A DNA stretch of 64,000 nt from Spirochaetia bacterium (GTDB taxonomy: Bacteria; Spirochaetota; Spirochaetia; SZUA-6; Bin103): positions 5,760,001-5,824,000 of the forward strand of contig CBDBDQ010000005.1 of the NCBI GenBank assembly GCA_965203905.1. Direction: 5' to 3'. Below, piece after piece: positions 30,154 to 40,105 of this stretch. The notes beneath the pieces are model-generated. The model was not told the DNA's origin, did no database searches, and saw only the letters and a list, made by a program, of their open reading frames with translations. The translations under genes were made by a program, and so were the position numbers. Within the stretch, counting starts at the first letter, position 1. Each line of letters opens with the position of its first letter.

Positions 30154-30480
30154 GTGCCGCAAAGATACTGCATCGGCTCGTGGCCGCCAAGAAGAATTAT
30201 AACTAAGTTCGAGCCATCCATACGATTTATAACTACATCGGCAAAATCTCTCAATTGCACCCTTCCAGCCGCCTCCTTTTCGCCTTTATCACCCCCGAAA
30301 CTTGCTCGTTACGTCGAAATGTGCTCAAGTTGGGCTAGTAGCCGGCACTCCCGTTCAGCGGGGGCAAGGAGGATGGTCCGCCCTCGTTCGGTAAACCCTC
30401 GATTCAGTTGTACCGGATCGAGTTCTCGGAGCCCGTCTTCGCTCCGCTCCCATAACGTCATCGACGGCCCGGGAACACGG

Positions 30481-32178
30481 CTACCGCCAGAAGCGGAAGC
30501 TGCCGGTCTCTTTCAGGTCCTGGATGAGCTCCGCGACCTTGTCGGCGCACCGTGTCAGGTTGCGTGCCTTCAGCACCTCCTGGCACTTCCCCAGCGCACC
30601 ACGAGCGCGCGCGGAGTCGTCTCCCCGCAGCTTCGGCAGGACCTTCGCGTAGATCACTCGGTCGAGCGCGTCACGCGTGGACAGTTCGGCGCTCTGCTCC
30701 TGCCGCAACTCCATGAACTGCAAGACTTCGGCGATAACCCGCCAGCCGAAGTGCAACCGAGCCGGGCTGAGCGCGTCCATCAGATCATTGAGAACCTCTC
30801 TGACATGCGTCCTGTCCGATGCTTCGATTTCGCACTTGTCCCAACCCGGCCATCGATCTACGTCGATGTCCCAGAACTCGAGCGTAAAGGCGCGGTCCAG
30901 GACCTTGTCCGAGATGCCCATGGTGGTTTCGTCCATGTTCACCGTGCCGATGAGGAAGGAGTTTCCGGGATAGCGGATGCTTGGTGGTACTCCGTCCTTG
31001 TTGCCGTCGCCGTCGTGGAGCGGTATGTCACCGTCGTCGCGCTCCATCGCACTGAGAATCGGCGCCAGGTACTGCTCGGGATGCGACAGGTTCATCTCGT
31101 CGAGCACACACACGTGCGGCTCGGTCGGATTCACGGACGCGCGAATCAGGAATTTCAGAAACTCCGGTTGGATGTATCCACCCTCCCCGAGCGGGTTGAC
31201 GTAACCGAGCAGTGGCGTCGGGTCATACCAACCGGGCTGCACCGGGATGGTACATACCTGCTCGTTCGACTCGCCGGTCGCTCCGGTCAACGCCTCCGCG
31301 TACTTCAGGGCGAGTTGGGTCTTGCCGGTTCCGGACAGGCCGGTGAGCACGCCGAAGTGCCGCCGCTCGTGCGCCCAGAGACCAAGGTGAAGCGCCTCTA
31401 CCACTTCGGCATCGAACACCAAGTCGCCGTCGTTGCGGAGCGACTCGAAGTACTCCTTGACTCGGTCCAGCGGTCGCGGGGCAACCGTCTGCAACGGCTG
31501 CTCGGCCGAATTGCCAGCGGAGTTCGGTGGGCCTTGTTGCAGAAACCCGCGATAGACTGCTTCGGGCAGCATCATTCTTCGCGCCACAGCGTTCCAGTCG
31601 GAACGATCGGCCGCACCTAACGCCTCGTCAAGCCGCAGGATTATCTCGCGGTTCGCCCGTGCGGGATACTTTGCTGACCACTGTCTTTCTTCCATGGAAT
31701 GGAGGAGGTCCTTGCGGTCTGGTGGCTTGACAAGGGTTGTGAAGTCATTCGGGAAGAGCGTGGCAAACACACGCGTCATTTTGTACGCTGGCGCGGATCG
31801 CTTATTGGTCGGGCCAACCGGGGGCATGTGCGGCCGTATGTCCTTCTTCATCTCATTGTACGCGTTGTCGAGCTGACGTGCCCTTTCAGCTGAATCTTCC
31901 GGTAGAGGTGCTGTGGTCAACTCTAGAAAGCGCTGGCGAAAGTCGGGAGCCGCCAAGGCGTTCGTGACGTCGAAGGTGTCGTCAGTATCTATCTCGACTA
32001 GCGGGTTCTCCAGCCAGACAAGGTGCAGGAACTCTTCGCTACCCCGCTCTGCCTCCGGAGTCTTACTGATCCGCTCCAGGAAATCGGCGTTCCTGACAAT
32101 CGATTCTGGATCAAGTCGGCGTTCCGCTTCGCGACACGCGTTCTGCAGCCCTTCCTTTGTGCTCAGGTCAAAACGCAA
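30481..32178 (-). CDS. McrB-like AAA+ GTPase
   Basis: GLSGTGKT, VQPGWYD..LLGYVNPL, LDEMNL, GTVNMDET (McrB NxxD) and KVLDRA motifs. Confidence 0.88.
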   Translation of the reverse strand: MRFDLSTKEGLQNACREAERRLDPESIVRNADFLERISKTPEAERGSEEFLHLVWLENPLVEIDTDDTFDVTNALAAPDFRQRFLELTTAPLPEDSAERARQLDNAYNEMKKDIRPHMPPVGPTNKRSAPAYKMTRVFATLFPNDFTTLVKPPDRKDLLHSMEERQWSAKYPARANREIILRLDEALGAADRSDWNAVARRMMLPEAVYRGFLQQGPPNSAGNSAEQPLQTVAPRPLDRVKEYFESLRNDGDLVFDAEVVEALHLGLWAHERRHFGVLTGLSGTGKTQLALKYAEALTGATGESNEQVCTIPVQPGWYDPTPLLGYVNPLGEGGYIQPEFLKFLIRASVNPTEPHVCVLDEMNLSHPEQYLAPILSAMERDDGDIPLHDGDGNKDGVPPSIRYPGNSFLIGTVNMDETTMGISDKVLDRAFTLEFWDIDVDRWPGWDKCEIEASDRTHVREVLNDLMDALSPARLHFGWRVIAEVLQFMELRQEQSAELSTRDALDRVIYAKVLPKLRGDDSARARGALGKCQEVLKARNLTRCADKVAELIQDLKETGSFRFWR

Positions 32179-32219
32179 CTCTTCGCCTCAGTTATTCGTC
32201 GCGCCGTCCATGTTGCATT

Positions 32220-32432
32220 TCAACGGTGCCAGCTTCGCTCGCTTCGAACACCTGCTCGCCACGGTCGATCCCGGCACCGGATCGTAATCCGAGCCGCCAG
32301 TCGTCGCCGGAAAGCTGCTCGAGTCACCCCTTGCAGCGCCAAGTCAACGGTGTCATTGGCTCCCGAGGTTCCAAGCGCTTGCTGAGCTTGAGCGAGTTGA
32401 TGTTTGTCGATTTCGAGTGATGTGCGTCTCAT
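32220..32432 (-). CDS. VapB-like (DUF2191-type) antitoxin, orphan or degenerate
   Basis: MRRTSLEIDKHQLAQAQQALGT...DTVDLAL matches the RHH antitoxin pattern; no toxin follows. Confidence 0.55.
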   Translation of the reverse strand: MRRTSLEIDKHQLAQAQQALGTSGANDTVDLALQGVTRAAFRRRLAARITIRCRDRPWRAGVRSERSWHR

Positions 32433-32494
32433 GGCCGAGATTCAGTATACAAGAACCGCCGGAAGAACATCTGTTCGGTCAGCATGACACCACG

Positions 32495-32643
32495 GGCCGC
32501 GCATTTTCGAGGCGGAGACCCGCGATGCGGCCGAAGTGGCATGTGTTGGCGTTTATGAGGGTCAGGAGTCACTCATTGGCGATCGCTGCGATGCTCAGGT
32601 CGGGCTCCGCAGGGCATGCCGGTATCGAACGGCCTGCCGTCAT
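32495..32643 (-). pseudogene. VapC/PIN toxin remnant
   Basis: Manual translation EPDLSIAAIANE*LLTLINANTCHFGRIAGLRLEN matches the VapC C-terminal motif, with a stop at 32569-32571. An FDT piece lies near the ATG that overlaps the antitoxin stop; the middle is missing. Confidence 0.7.
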
Positions 32644-32927
32644 TCGAATCGAGGGGGCGGTCGGTCTGTCGCCTGATTGCGAGTGGCGTGCACTTCGCCC
32701 ATTCGGTCGTCGAGATCGTGCCAGTCGGCGAGCGTGCCTGCTATGGCCGCCAATCCGACGGGACGATCCGGGCGTGACGGACTCACTTCGTCCGGGGGAA
32801 CGAGCGCCATCACCGGCGTACCGCGACGAGCAACGACAATCCGGTCGCCGGCACCAACCCGAGCGACCCGCTCGCGGAAGTTTCGCTTGGCCTCGGTAAC
32901 GCTATAGCGGGCGACTCGGTCGGTCAT
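32640..32927 (-). CDS. Phd/YefM-family antitoxin
   Basis: SVTEAKRNF..V.RV..GDRIVVARRGTPVMALVP. Confidence 0.8.
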   Translation of the reverse strand: MTDRVARYSVTEAKRNFRERVARVGAGDRIVVARRGTPVMALVPPDEVSPSRPDRPVGLAAIAGTLADWHDLDDRMGEVHATRNQATDRPPPRFE

Positions 32928-32958
32928 GTCATTCAATCTGCCGAATCATGGAATTTCG

Positions 32959-34353
32959 TCAAGCCCTCGGCAGCACGGTGCGGAGTTGGTCGATGAAGCG
33001 CGGCAAGGCTTCCACGGCGTAGAGCGGCAGAGAGAGCAGTTGCAGGGTGACGGGTTGTAGGCCGTCGGCGGTGCGGATGGTATGACGGACGGTCTGCAGG
33101 CTCGGCGGGTTGGTGTCGAAGCGGACGGCAAGGGGCGGACGCTTCTCGTGGGCGAATTGCAGCAGCGACTTGAGCGAGCCGCTGCGGCCGGCCTTTACCT
33201 CGACGGGAACGATCCAGTCCCCGCGGGAGATCACGTAGTCGACCTCGGCGTTTCCCTTCCGCGCCTTACGCAGCCAGTAGTGCAGGACCGGGGGCCGCTC
33301 GCCCGCACCGAGGGCCGTCAACTCCTGGCCTACGTACTGCTCGGCAATGCCGCCTTCGTTTACCAGGCGGGCTCCATCCATGGCATCGACGGTAGGTACA
33401 TCAACGCCGCACACGTGATTCATCAAGCCGACATCCATGAACAGAAGTTTGAAGGTGCGGTCGTCGACCGCGGCGCCGAGCGGCAGCCCCGAGCAGTGGC
33501 TGTGGAGGACGCGGTGGCAGAGCCGCGCCTTCACGAGCAGGTCGATCGCATCACGTACCTCGCCTGCGCGTGACTCGTGGTCCAGGGTACGATATACGAC
33601 CTTGCGGCCCACGGAGCCCGGAATGCTGCGAAAAAGGCGCTGCAGGCGAACGAGCTGGGAGTTTCTGGCGTACTTTGCGAAGTCATCCTCGTAGGTTTCC
33701 GCAATCGACCGGTGCACCGCCGCCACCTCGATCGGCGACCCGGCCGACTCGCCGTGGGCCAGCACCGCCTCCGGCAGTCCGCCTACCAGCAGGTACTCCC
33801 GGCAGCGCCGGAGCAAGCGGCGGTGCGCGGCTTCCGGGGGTGGTACGGCAAGCTCCAGCGCGGCGAGGTGCTCGGCCAGCCCGGGGTCCGCGGCCCGGAG
33901 GTACTCGGCTAATGACATCGGGCCCACGTGCAGGTATTCGATCCGGCCGACCGGCATGGAGAAGGAATGATCGGCGAGGACGAACTCCAACAGCGAACCC
34001 GCGGCGACAACCGGAAAATCGGGCCGATCTTCGTAGAGATAGCGCAGCGCCTGCAGCGCATGAGGTGCCGCCTGTACTTCGTCGAGGAACAGGATCGATC
34101 CTGCGAGCCGTACTCCGCCAACCGCCTCCAACTCGCGGGTGATTCGATCGGTGTCCAGGCTGCTGAACACGCCGTCGAGGTACAGGTTGCGTTCGAGGTT
34201 CACCTCGCACAGGTCCATGCCGGCGCCGGCGGCGAACTGTCGGACCAGGGCGGTCTTCCCCACCTGCCGCGCCCCGCGAAGCACGAGCGGTTTGCGTCGG
34301 CGGCGCGCCAGCCAGCGGCGCAGAATCTGTTCAGCGAACCTCTCCATCGCCAA
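32959..34353 (-). CDS. AAA_14 ATPase + DUF4143 protein
   Basis: PLVLRGARQVGKT, FLDEVQ, AAGSLL, GGLPEAV and EVDYV..PVEVKAG motifs. Confidence 0.88.
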   Translation of the reverse strand: MAMERFAEQILRRWLARRRRKPLVLRGARQVGKTALVRQFAAGAGMDLCEVNLERNLYLDGVFSSLDTDRITRELEAVGGVRLAGSILFLDEVQAAPHALQALRYLYEDRPDFPVVAAGSLLEFVLADHSFSMPVGRIEYLHVGPMSLAEYLRAADPGLAEHLAALELAVPPPEAAHRRLLRRCREYLLVGGLPEAVLAHGESAGSPIEVAAVHRSIAETYEDDFAKYARNSQLVRLQRLFRSIPGSVGRKVVYRTLDHESRAGEVRDAIDLLVKARLCHRVLHSHCSGLPLGAAVDDRTFKLLFMDVGLMNHVCGVDVPTVDAMDGARLVNEGGIAEQYVGQELTALGAGERPPVLHYWLRKARKGNAEVDYVISRGDWIVPVEVKAGRSGSLKSLLQFAHEKRPPLAVRFDTNPPSLQTVRHTIRTADGLQPVTLQLLSLPLYAVEALPRFIDQLRTVLPRA

Positions 34354-34476
34354 GACACGTCAATAATATCAAACTAACTAACAAAATAGACGTGTATTTT
34401 AGCACGACGCGTGACAAATGATTCCAGTGCCAGGCGTGGGCCGCGCGAGCCCGTGAGCGGGTCGCGGCGGATCCCT

Positions 34477-34545
34477 ACCTCAGGGTGGTGGCGGTCGGTC
34501 CGCTGACCAACCTGGCGCTGGCCATCGCGCGCGACCCCGCCTGGG
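34477..34545 (+). repeat. 69-bp diverged copy of part of the nucleoside hydrolase gene (36353..36421)
   Basis: Encodes L.VVAVGPLTNLALAI.RDPAW in both places. Confidence 0.8.
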
Positions 34546-34615
34546 ATGGGCCGGGAAGCGGCAACGGCCGCCGGGATGGCGGCCGCTGCCGGGTGCTCCC
34601 GGGAGGAAGGAGGCC

Positions 34616-35890
34616 ATACTTGTAGAAGAACTGGGGGGCGAAGTTGTTGAGGTTCAGGCCCTCCTCGAACCAGGGGTGCGGAACGTCGGGCGTGTTGCCG
34701 ATGTTGGGGCGCGAGATGAACACCATCGGCGACAGGCCGATCGTGCCGATCGTGCCGATCGTGCCGATCGTGAACAGGTTATCGGCCATCCACCGATGGA
34801 ACCGGGTGCTCGCGTCGAAATACTCCTCGCTGTTGTAGACGAGGTTGATGCGGTTGCGGGCGAGCGTAAGCATCTCCTTGATCTCGTCCGGCGGCTCTTC
34901 GCCGGGCAGCACGCCGCCCTCGAAGTCGTCGAGGCTCGCCTGTCCTGCTTCGATCCGCTCGTTGGCTTCGAACCACAGCCACCAAACCGGAGCATGAGAC
35001 TGGAAGCCGGCCATGTCGCGCGACAGGAAGGTGTACATCTCGATGCCGTGCACCGGGTGACTGATCACGTCGGTATCAGGAGCTCGCGTGCGCTCGAACC
35101 ACATGTTGCCGCCCACTTCCTTGACCTGCACCTCGAAGCCCAGGTCCTCCCAGAATTCCTTGACCAGCTCGTGGCCCAGTGCAATGCCGTGGTGGATGAT
35201 CGAGGCATATTCGATGGTGAGCAGGATCTTGCGCCCCTCGGCATCGCGGCGCAGGCCGTCGGAGCCGCGGGTCAGGCCCAGCTCGTCCAGCATGCGGTTG
35301 GCCTCGTACGGAGCGTAGCGGGCATATGGATGACTCTCCGCCCACTCCGCCTGGTAGAAGCTGGTGCCGGGAAGCACCGACGCGTGGCGCGGGGTGGCAA
35401 AGCCGGAGAAGGCGACGCGGTTGACCTCGTCGCGGTCGATGCCGAGCGACATCGCCTGCCGGAACTTGAGGTTGTTGGTACAGCTCGCGGCGCACCGGGT
35501 CGGGGTGGTTGAGGTTGAATCCGTAGGCTGCCTCGTTGCCCTCCACGCCCGGGATCAGCTTGACCACGTAGTTGCCGGCCTCCTCGTTCTGCTTGTACAG
35601 GGTGTAGTTGTCGAGCGTGGCGGAGAGGAACGCGATGTCGGCCTCGCCGGCGATGATCTTCAGGTCGTAGGTCTCCTTCTCGACCAGCTCGGAAACGATC
35701 TTGTCCACGTAGGGAAGCTGGTTGCCGGCCTGGTCCACCTGGTGGAAGTAGGGGTTGCGCACGTACGCGCGAATCGTGGTGGTCTGCTCGGTGAACATCC
35801 ACGGGTCGATGCGCGGGCGGTCAAGGTCATGGGTGGGCACGATACTGACGTGATGGTTGAACGCCTCGCCCCAGTTCTCGAAGCCCAAAT
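34616..35890 (-). pseudogene. Truncated, frameshifted ABC peptide-type substrate-binding protein (family 5)
   Basis: RNPYFHQVDQAGNQLPYVD in one frame; FRQAMSLGIDR..EANRMLDELGL in another (shift near 35475); N-terminus missing. Confidence 0.75.
34736..34771. repeat. Tandem 9-mer (GCCGATCGT)x4
   Basis: Seen directly; encodes TIG x4 on the minus strand. Confidence 0.9.
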
Positions 35891-36021
35891 CGCAGTGTAC
35901 GTGGCCGCGAAAAATGGTGCCAGTGCGGGCGGGTGCGCTTGGCGTGCAAGCGTAGGGCCGCGTCGAGCAGCGCTGACGAGATGGGTTCCGGCGCGGCTGG
36001 TTGCGGGGTATGGTCGGCCTC

Positions 36022-36930
36022 ATGAAGCGCATGATCATCGACTGCGATCCCGGCCTCGACGACGCCATTGCGCTCATCCTCGCGCACTGGTGTGCCGAAA
36101 TAGTGGGGATCACCACGGTGAGCGGCAACGTGCCGCTGGCGGCCACCACCGCCAACGCGCTGATGCTGACCGCGCTGCTGGACGTGGACACCCCGGTGCA
36201 CGGCGGAGCATCGCGCCCGCTTGCCGAGGAACCCACCTACGCGGGGCACGTGCACGGGGAGTCGGGCATGGGCGACTTCGAAGCGCCGGCGCACGACCGC
36301 ACCGCTGCCAGCGACGACGCGGTGTCGTTTCTGCTCGACGCGGCGGAGCCCGACCTGTGGGTGGTGGCAGTCGGACCGCTGACCAACCTGGCGCTGGCGA
36401 TCGAGCGCGACCCGGCCTGGGTGAAACGGATCGCCGGCATCTCGATCATGGGCGGCAGCACCGCGGGCGGCAACGTGACAGCGGCCGCCGAGTTCAACAT
36501 CTACGCCGATCCGGAGGCGGCGGCGCGGGTGTTCGCCTCAGGCGCCGAGATCAGAATGTGCGGACTGAACCTGACCGACCAGGTGCAGACCGGCGATGCG
36601 CTGGCTGCCAAACTGCGTGCTGCCGGTACGCCGCTGGCGCGGTTCGCCGCCCAGTTGTTCGACTTCCTGCACGGGGTTATGGAGGACCTGCTCGGCGAGC
36701 GCGCCAGTTCGCTGCACGACCCCTGCGCGGTGCTGGCGGTCACTCATCCCGAGCTGTTCGAGTTCGCGCCGCGGGCAGTCGGCGTGGAGTTGGCAGGCGC
36801 CCTCACCCGCGGCATGACCGTGGTCGACGAGCGGCCGGGACGCCTCGGCGGGCCGCCCAACGCCCAGGTTGCCTACCGCATCGACGCGGCACGCGCCATG
36901 GCGCTGGTGCGGGAGTCGCTGGGCGCGTGA
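36022..36930 (+). CDS. Nucleoside hydrolase
   Basis: IDCDPGLDDA, GPLTNLA, AEFNIYADPEAA and LHDP motifs. Confidence 0.9.
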   Translation: MKRMIIDCDPGLDDAIALILAHWCAEIVGITTVSGNVPLAATTANALMLTALLDVDTPVHGGASRPLAEEPTYAGHVHGESGMGDFEAPAHDRTAASDDAVSFLLDAAEPDLWVVAVGPLTNLALAIERDPAWVKRIAGISIMGGSTAGGNVTAAAEFNIYADPEAAARVFASGAEIRMCGLNLTDQVQTGDALAAKLRAAGTPLARFAAQLFDFLHGVMEDLLGERASSLHDPCAVLAVTHPELFEFAPRAVGVELAGALTRGMTVVDERPGRLGGPPNAQVAYRIDAARAMALVRESLGA

Positions 36931-36940
36931 CGGCCGGACC

Positions 36941-37771
36941 TTACTCGGAGCCGGCGATCACCGTGTCGCGGCCGAGCCCCTCGGGGCCCAGTCCCAGGTA
37001 GCCGCCGTCCACCGGCAGGTCGGCGCCGGTCACGAACGAGGCGTCGTCGCTGAGCAGGAACAGGATCGGCCCGGCACACTCCAGCGGCTCGCCGCAGCGC
37101 TCCAGCATGTGGAAACGGCCCCAGATCGGGCCCCACTTGTCGCGCCCGCCGCCATCCATCTGCGCCGCCTTCAGCACCTCGCGGGTCCAGATCCAGCCCG
37201 GGCTGACGCTGTTGACGCGGATGCCGTACGGAGCCAGGTCGAGGGCCATGCAGCGGGTCAGGTTGTGCACCGCGCCCTTGGCGGCGTTGTAGGTCCAGCG
37301 CTGCGGCTGCGCGATGTGCGCGGAGATGCTGGACACGTTGACGATCGCCCCGCCGCCGCCGGCGCGCATCGGCTCGGCGACCGCGGAGGTCATGGTGGCG
37401 TAGGCCACCGGTCCCACCTGCAGGCTGCGCTCCCACTCCTCCCGCCGCGCGGCCAAGCCCGCGGCAATGAACGAGAAGGCGTTGTTCACCAGGTAGTCCA
37501 CCCTGCCCCACCGCGCCACCGTGTCGGCCACCAGCCGCCGGCAGAACGCCTCGTCGGCCAGGTCGCCGCACAGCCCCAGCACGTCGTGGCCGGCGTCCGC
37601 CAGCTCGCGTCCGGCCTGCTCCACCAGCTCGGGTTCGATCCCGGCGAAGGCCACCGCGGCCCCCTCGCGGCACAGCTCCCCGACCACGGCGCGGCCGATC
37701 CCCGCCGACCCGCCGGTGACCACGGCGCAGCGCCCGGCAAAACGGCCGTCGATTGCGTTCCTCTGGTTCAT
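36941..37771 (-). CDS. SDR family oxidoreductase
   Basis: TGGSAGIG, NNA, YNAAK and VNSVSPG motifs. Confidence 0.88.
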   Translation of the reverse strand: MNQRNAIDGRFAGRCAVVTGGSAGIGRAVVGELCREGAAVAFAGIEPELVEQAGRELADAGHDVLGLCGDLADEAFCRRLVADTVARWGRVDYLVNNAFSFIAAGLAARREEWERSLQVGPVAYATMTSAVAEPMRAGGGGAIVNVSSISAHIAQPQRWTYNAAKGAVHNLTRCMALDLAPYGIRVNSVSPGWIWTREVLKAAQMDGGGRDKWGPIWGRFHMLERCGEPLECAGPILFLLSDDASFVTGADLPVDGGYLGLGPEGLGRDTVIAGSE

Positions 37772-37909
37772 GGGTTGACCAAGACTCTCGGAGATCGACT
37801 ACCGCCGCGTCAAGCAGCTCGGAGCAGTGGGAGCACTGGCATCTTCCCGGCGTCCAGGTATGCCGCAGTCCGTTGCACAACCGGGTCGGATTGGGCAGCC
37901 TCAGGCATC

Positions 37910-38578
37910 GTGAGCGCGGTTGGATTTCGCGTCCACGTCATGGGCAACAGCGGATCGGGCAAGACGACGCTCGCCGCACGGCTGGCGCAGGCGCTGGACG
38001 CTGACCTGGTAGAGCTCGACGCGCTCAACTGGGAACCGGGGTGGGTCGCGCTCAACGAGTCGGCCCCGGAGGAGTTGGAACGCCGCTTTCGTGCCGCTAC
38101 CGAAGGTAAACGCTGGGTGAGCGCCGGGTCGTACACCCGCCTGTGCCAGCGCGCCTTCTGGCCGCGGCTCGATACCATCGTGTGGCTGGATATGCCGTTG
38201 CGGGTGTGTGTCTGGCGGCTGCTGCGGCGCACCTGGCGGCGCTGGCGTTCGCGCGAACTGCTGTGGGGCACCAACTACGAGCGGCTGGGCCACCTGCTGA
38301 AGATCTGGCGCCGGGACAACCTGCTGCTGTGGACCGTGACCCAACACGCCCGCAAGCGGAACGCCATGCTTGCCCACCTGGCCGATCCCAGGTGGACCCA
38401 CATCCGCTTCGTACGGCTGACCTCGGCGCGCGAAGTGGAGGCGTTTGTCGCCGCGGTCGCTGCTCGCTCGTGCTCCAGCGGTCAGCACCGTAATGCGATG
38501 AGGACGCCGGAGATAAGGCACCGGACGATACTTGTGCTGGACGCCATGGGAGTGATGTATCAGCCCGCGGCACGGTAA
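37910..38578 (+). CDS. P-loop kinase (adenylate kinase/topology modulation protein-like)
   Basis: GNSGSGKTT, ELDALNWEPGW and DTIVWLD motifs; GTG start inferred. Confidence 0.75.
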   Translation: MSAVGFRVHVMGNSGSGKTTLAARLAQALDADLVELDALNWEPGWVALNESAPEELERRFRAATEGKRWVSAGSYTRLCQRAFWPRLDTIVWLDMPLRVCVWRLLRRTWRRWRSRELLWGTNYERLGHLLKIWRRDNLLLWTVTQHARKRNAMLAHLADPRWTHIRFVRLTSAREVEAFVAAVAARSCSSGQHRNAMRTPEIRHRTILVLDAMGVMYQPAAR

Positions 38579-38678
38579 CACCGCCCGCGACGAGCGCGCG
38601 TGGCCCGAACACGGCGGTGGAGAATCCAACCGCGATGGCGGCGTACCGGCCGGCGGCCACGCCTCGCGACAGGCGATG

Positions 38679-39731
38679 CTACAGGAGATCCTCGTTCAGG
38701 CGGACCCCGAATCCCGGCTCGTCGCCCGGTTCGATGGTGCCGTCGATCACCTCCGGCTCGCCCAGCCACAAGTCTTCGCGCGGCTCCTGCCAGCGCTGCG
38801 GCATGGTCTCGGCAAGGTCCAGGCAGTCGGTCGCCACGATCAGGTGCAGTCCCCACGGCTCGCCGCCGCGGTGCGGAACCACCGGCACGCCGTGGCGGCG
38901 CGCCAGCTCCAGGATGCGCAGCGTGCCGGTGATGCCCCCGGCCCAGGTCACGTCCGGCTGCCACAGGTCGAGCGCACGGTGGCGGGCGATCGCCGCGAAC
39001 GCCGCCGGCGTGAAGTCGTGCTCGCCGCCCGCCAGCAGCACCGGCTTGATGCGCGGGCGCAGCGCGGCCAGTTCGGCCAGGTGCTCAGGGGTCGCCACGT
39101 CCTCGAACCAGTACGGCGCGTACGGCGCCAGCAGCTCGCCCATGCGGGCGGCCACCGCCACCGGCCACGACAGGTAGCAGTCGACCATCAGGCGCGCCGC
39201 GGGTCCCAGCGCCGCCCGCGCGGCCGCCAACCGCTCGCCGGCGCTGTCGAAGTCCGCCTCGGTCCGCCAGCGGTGGGACAGCTTCAGCGCCCCGTAGCCG
39301 TAGCGCGCCGCCAGCTCCAGGTCGCCGCCGGTGGCGTAGGCGGTCACCCGTTCCTTGGTGCGCGGGCCGATCAGCCGGTGCACCGGAACCCGCTCCGCGC
39401 GCGCCAGCGCGTCCCAGAGCGCCAGGTCGACCCCGCTCAGCGCCATCTGTGCCAGGCCGCCTCGCCCGTAGGGGATCGAAACCCGGTACAGTTCATCCCA
39501 CGCCGCGGCGATGTCGTCGACGCCGTCGAGCGAGCGCCCCACCAGAAACCGGCGCAGGTGGTCGTTGATCACCTGCACCGCCGGCTGACCGCCGCCACCG
39601 TAGCCGTGGCCGACCACCCCCACGTCGGTGTCCACGCGCACCGCGATCTGCCAGAAGTGAGCCTGCCACGCAGCGGCCGGCGGCAGGCGACGCCACTTGG
39701 GGTAGGCAGCCCGCACCTCGGTTACCGTCAT
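38679..39731 (-). CDS. Mandelate racemase/enolase-superfamily dehydratase (L-rhamnonate dehydratase-like)
   Basis: ALSGVDLALWD, LMVDCY, WFED, GGEH, QPDVTWAGG and PGFGV motifs. Confidence 0.82.
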   Translation of the reverse strand: MTVTEVRAAYPKWRRLPPAAAWQAHFWQIAVRVDTDVGVVGHGYGGGGQPAVQVINDHLRRFLVGRSLDGVDDIAAAWDELYRVSIPYGRGGLAQMALSGVDLALWDALARAERVPVHRLIGPRTKERVTAYATGGDLELAARYGYGALKLSHRWRTEADFDSAGERLAAARAALGPAARLMVDCYLSWPVAVAARMGELLAPYAPYWFEDVATPEHLAELAALRPRIKPVLLAGGEHDFTPAAFAAIARHRALDLWQPDVTWAGGITGTLRILELARRHGVPVVPHRGGEPWGLHLIVATDCLDLAETMPQRWQEPREDLWLGEPEVIDGTIEPGDEPGFGVRLNEDLL

Positions 39732-39869
39732 CGGTACCACGTTACCGTCGGAACGGCCCGGGTTCCCATTGGGCGGTGCACCGACCGTGTGATCGCGGCG
39801 CCGCGGGCCGGCTGCCAACCTCCTTGGTGAGGCCCGGTTGAGATCCCAAATCCTCGCCTAAGCACCGAA

Positions 39870-40105
39870 TTCTCTCGCGAATTCGCGAATCGGCAGAACT
39901 TCCCGAATCTACTCTGAAGTTCGCGATTTCGCGAAATATCGGACTCCCTAGGCAAAATATCGAACGAGTGCAAGTAAATCGTTTCTCCAAAAAAAGTTGA
40001 TGAGAACAGTCAACATCGTAGACCAATGAGATGAAAATCAATCTGTCAAATTCACGAATTGGCGCGAGTCGCGAAACTGACCAAAATTCGCCATTTCGCG
40101 AATGG
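39870..40105. repeat. AT-rich intergenic segment with paired TCGCGA palindromes
   Basis: TCGCGA at 39875, 39883, 39921, 39929, 40069 and 40096, with near-matches at 40052, 40062 and 40088. Confidence 0.6.

Larger units (their letters stand above)
26030..30334 (-). mobile_element. IS1634-family insertion sequence (itself interrupted)
   Basis: Terminal inverted repeats CCCAAGTTGCGCACTTTCTGACGTAA / CCCAACTTGAGCACATTTCGACGTAA (21/26 match); flanking CTAG duplication at 26026-26029 and 30335-30338. Confidence 0.9.
24581..30461 (-). pseudogene. McrC-like DUF2357/PD-(D/E)XK nuclease gene interrupted by an IS1634-family element
   Basis: Removing 26030..30334 plus one CTAG joins ATG 30461 (MTLWERSE...ECRLL) in frame to VDDEPLSQ...WEPGFYAG; C-terminal TWEIYERWC and PDLVL..LDAKYR. 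Confidence 0.85.
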
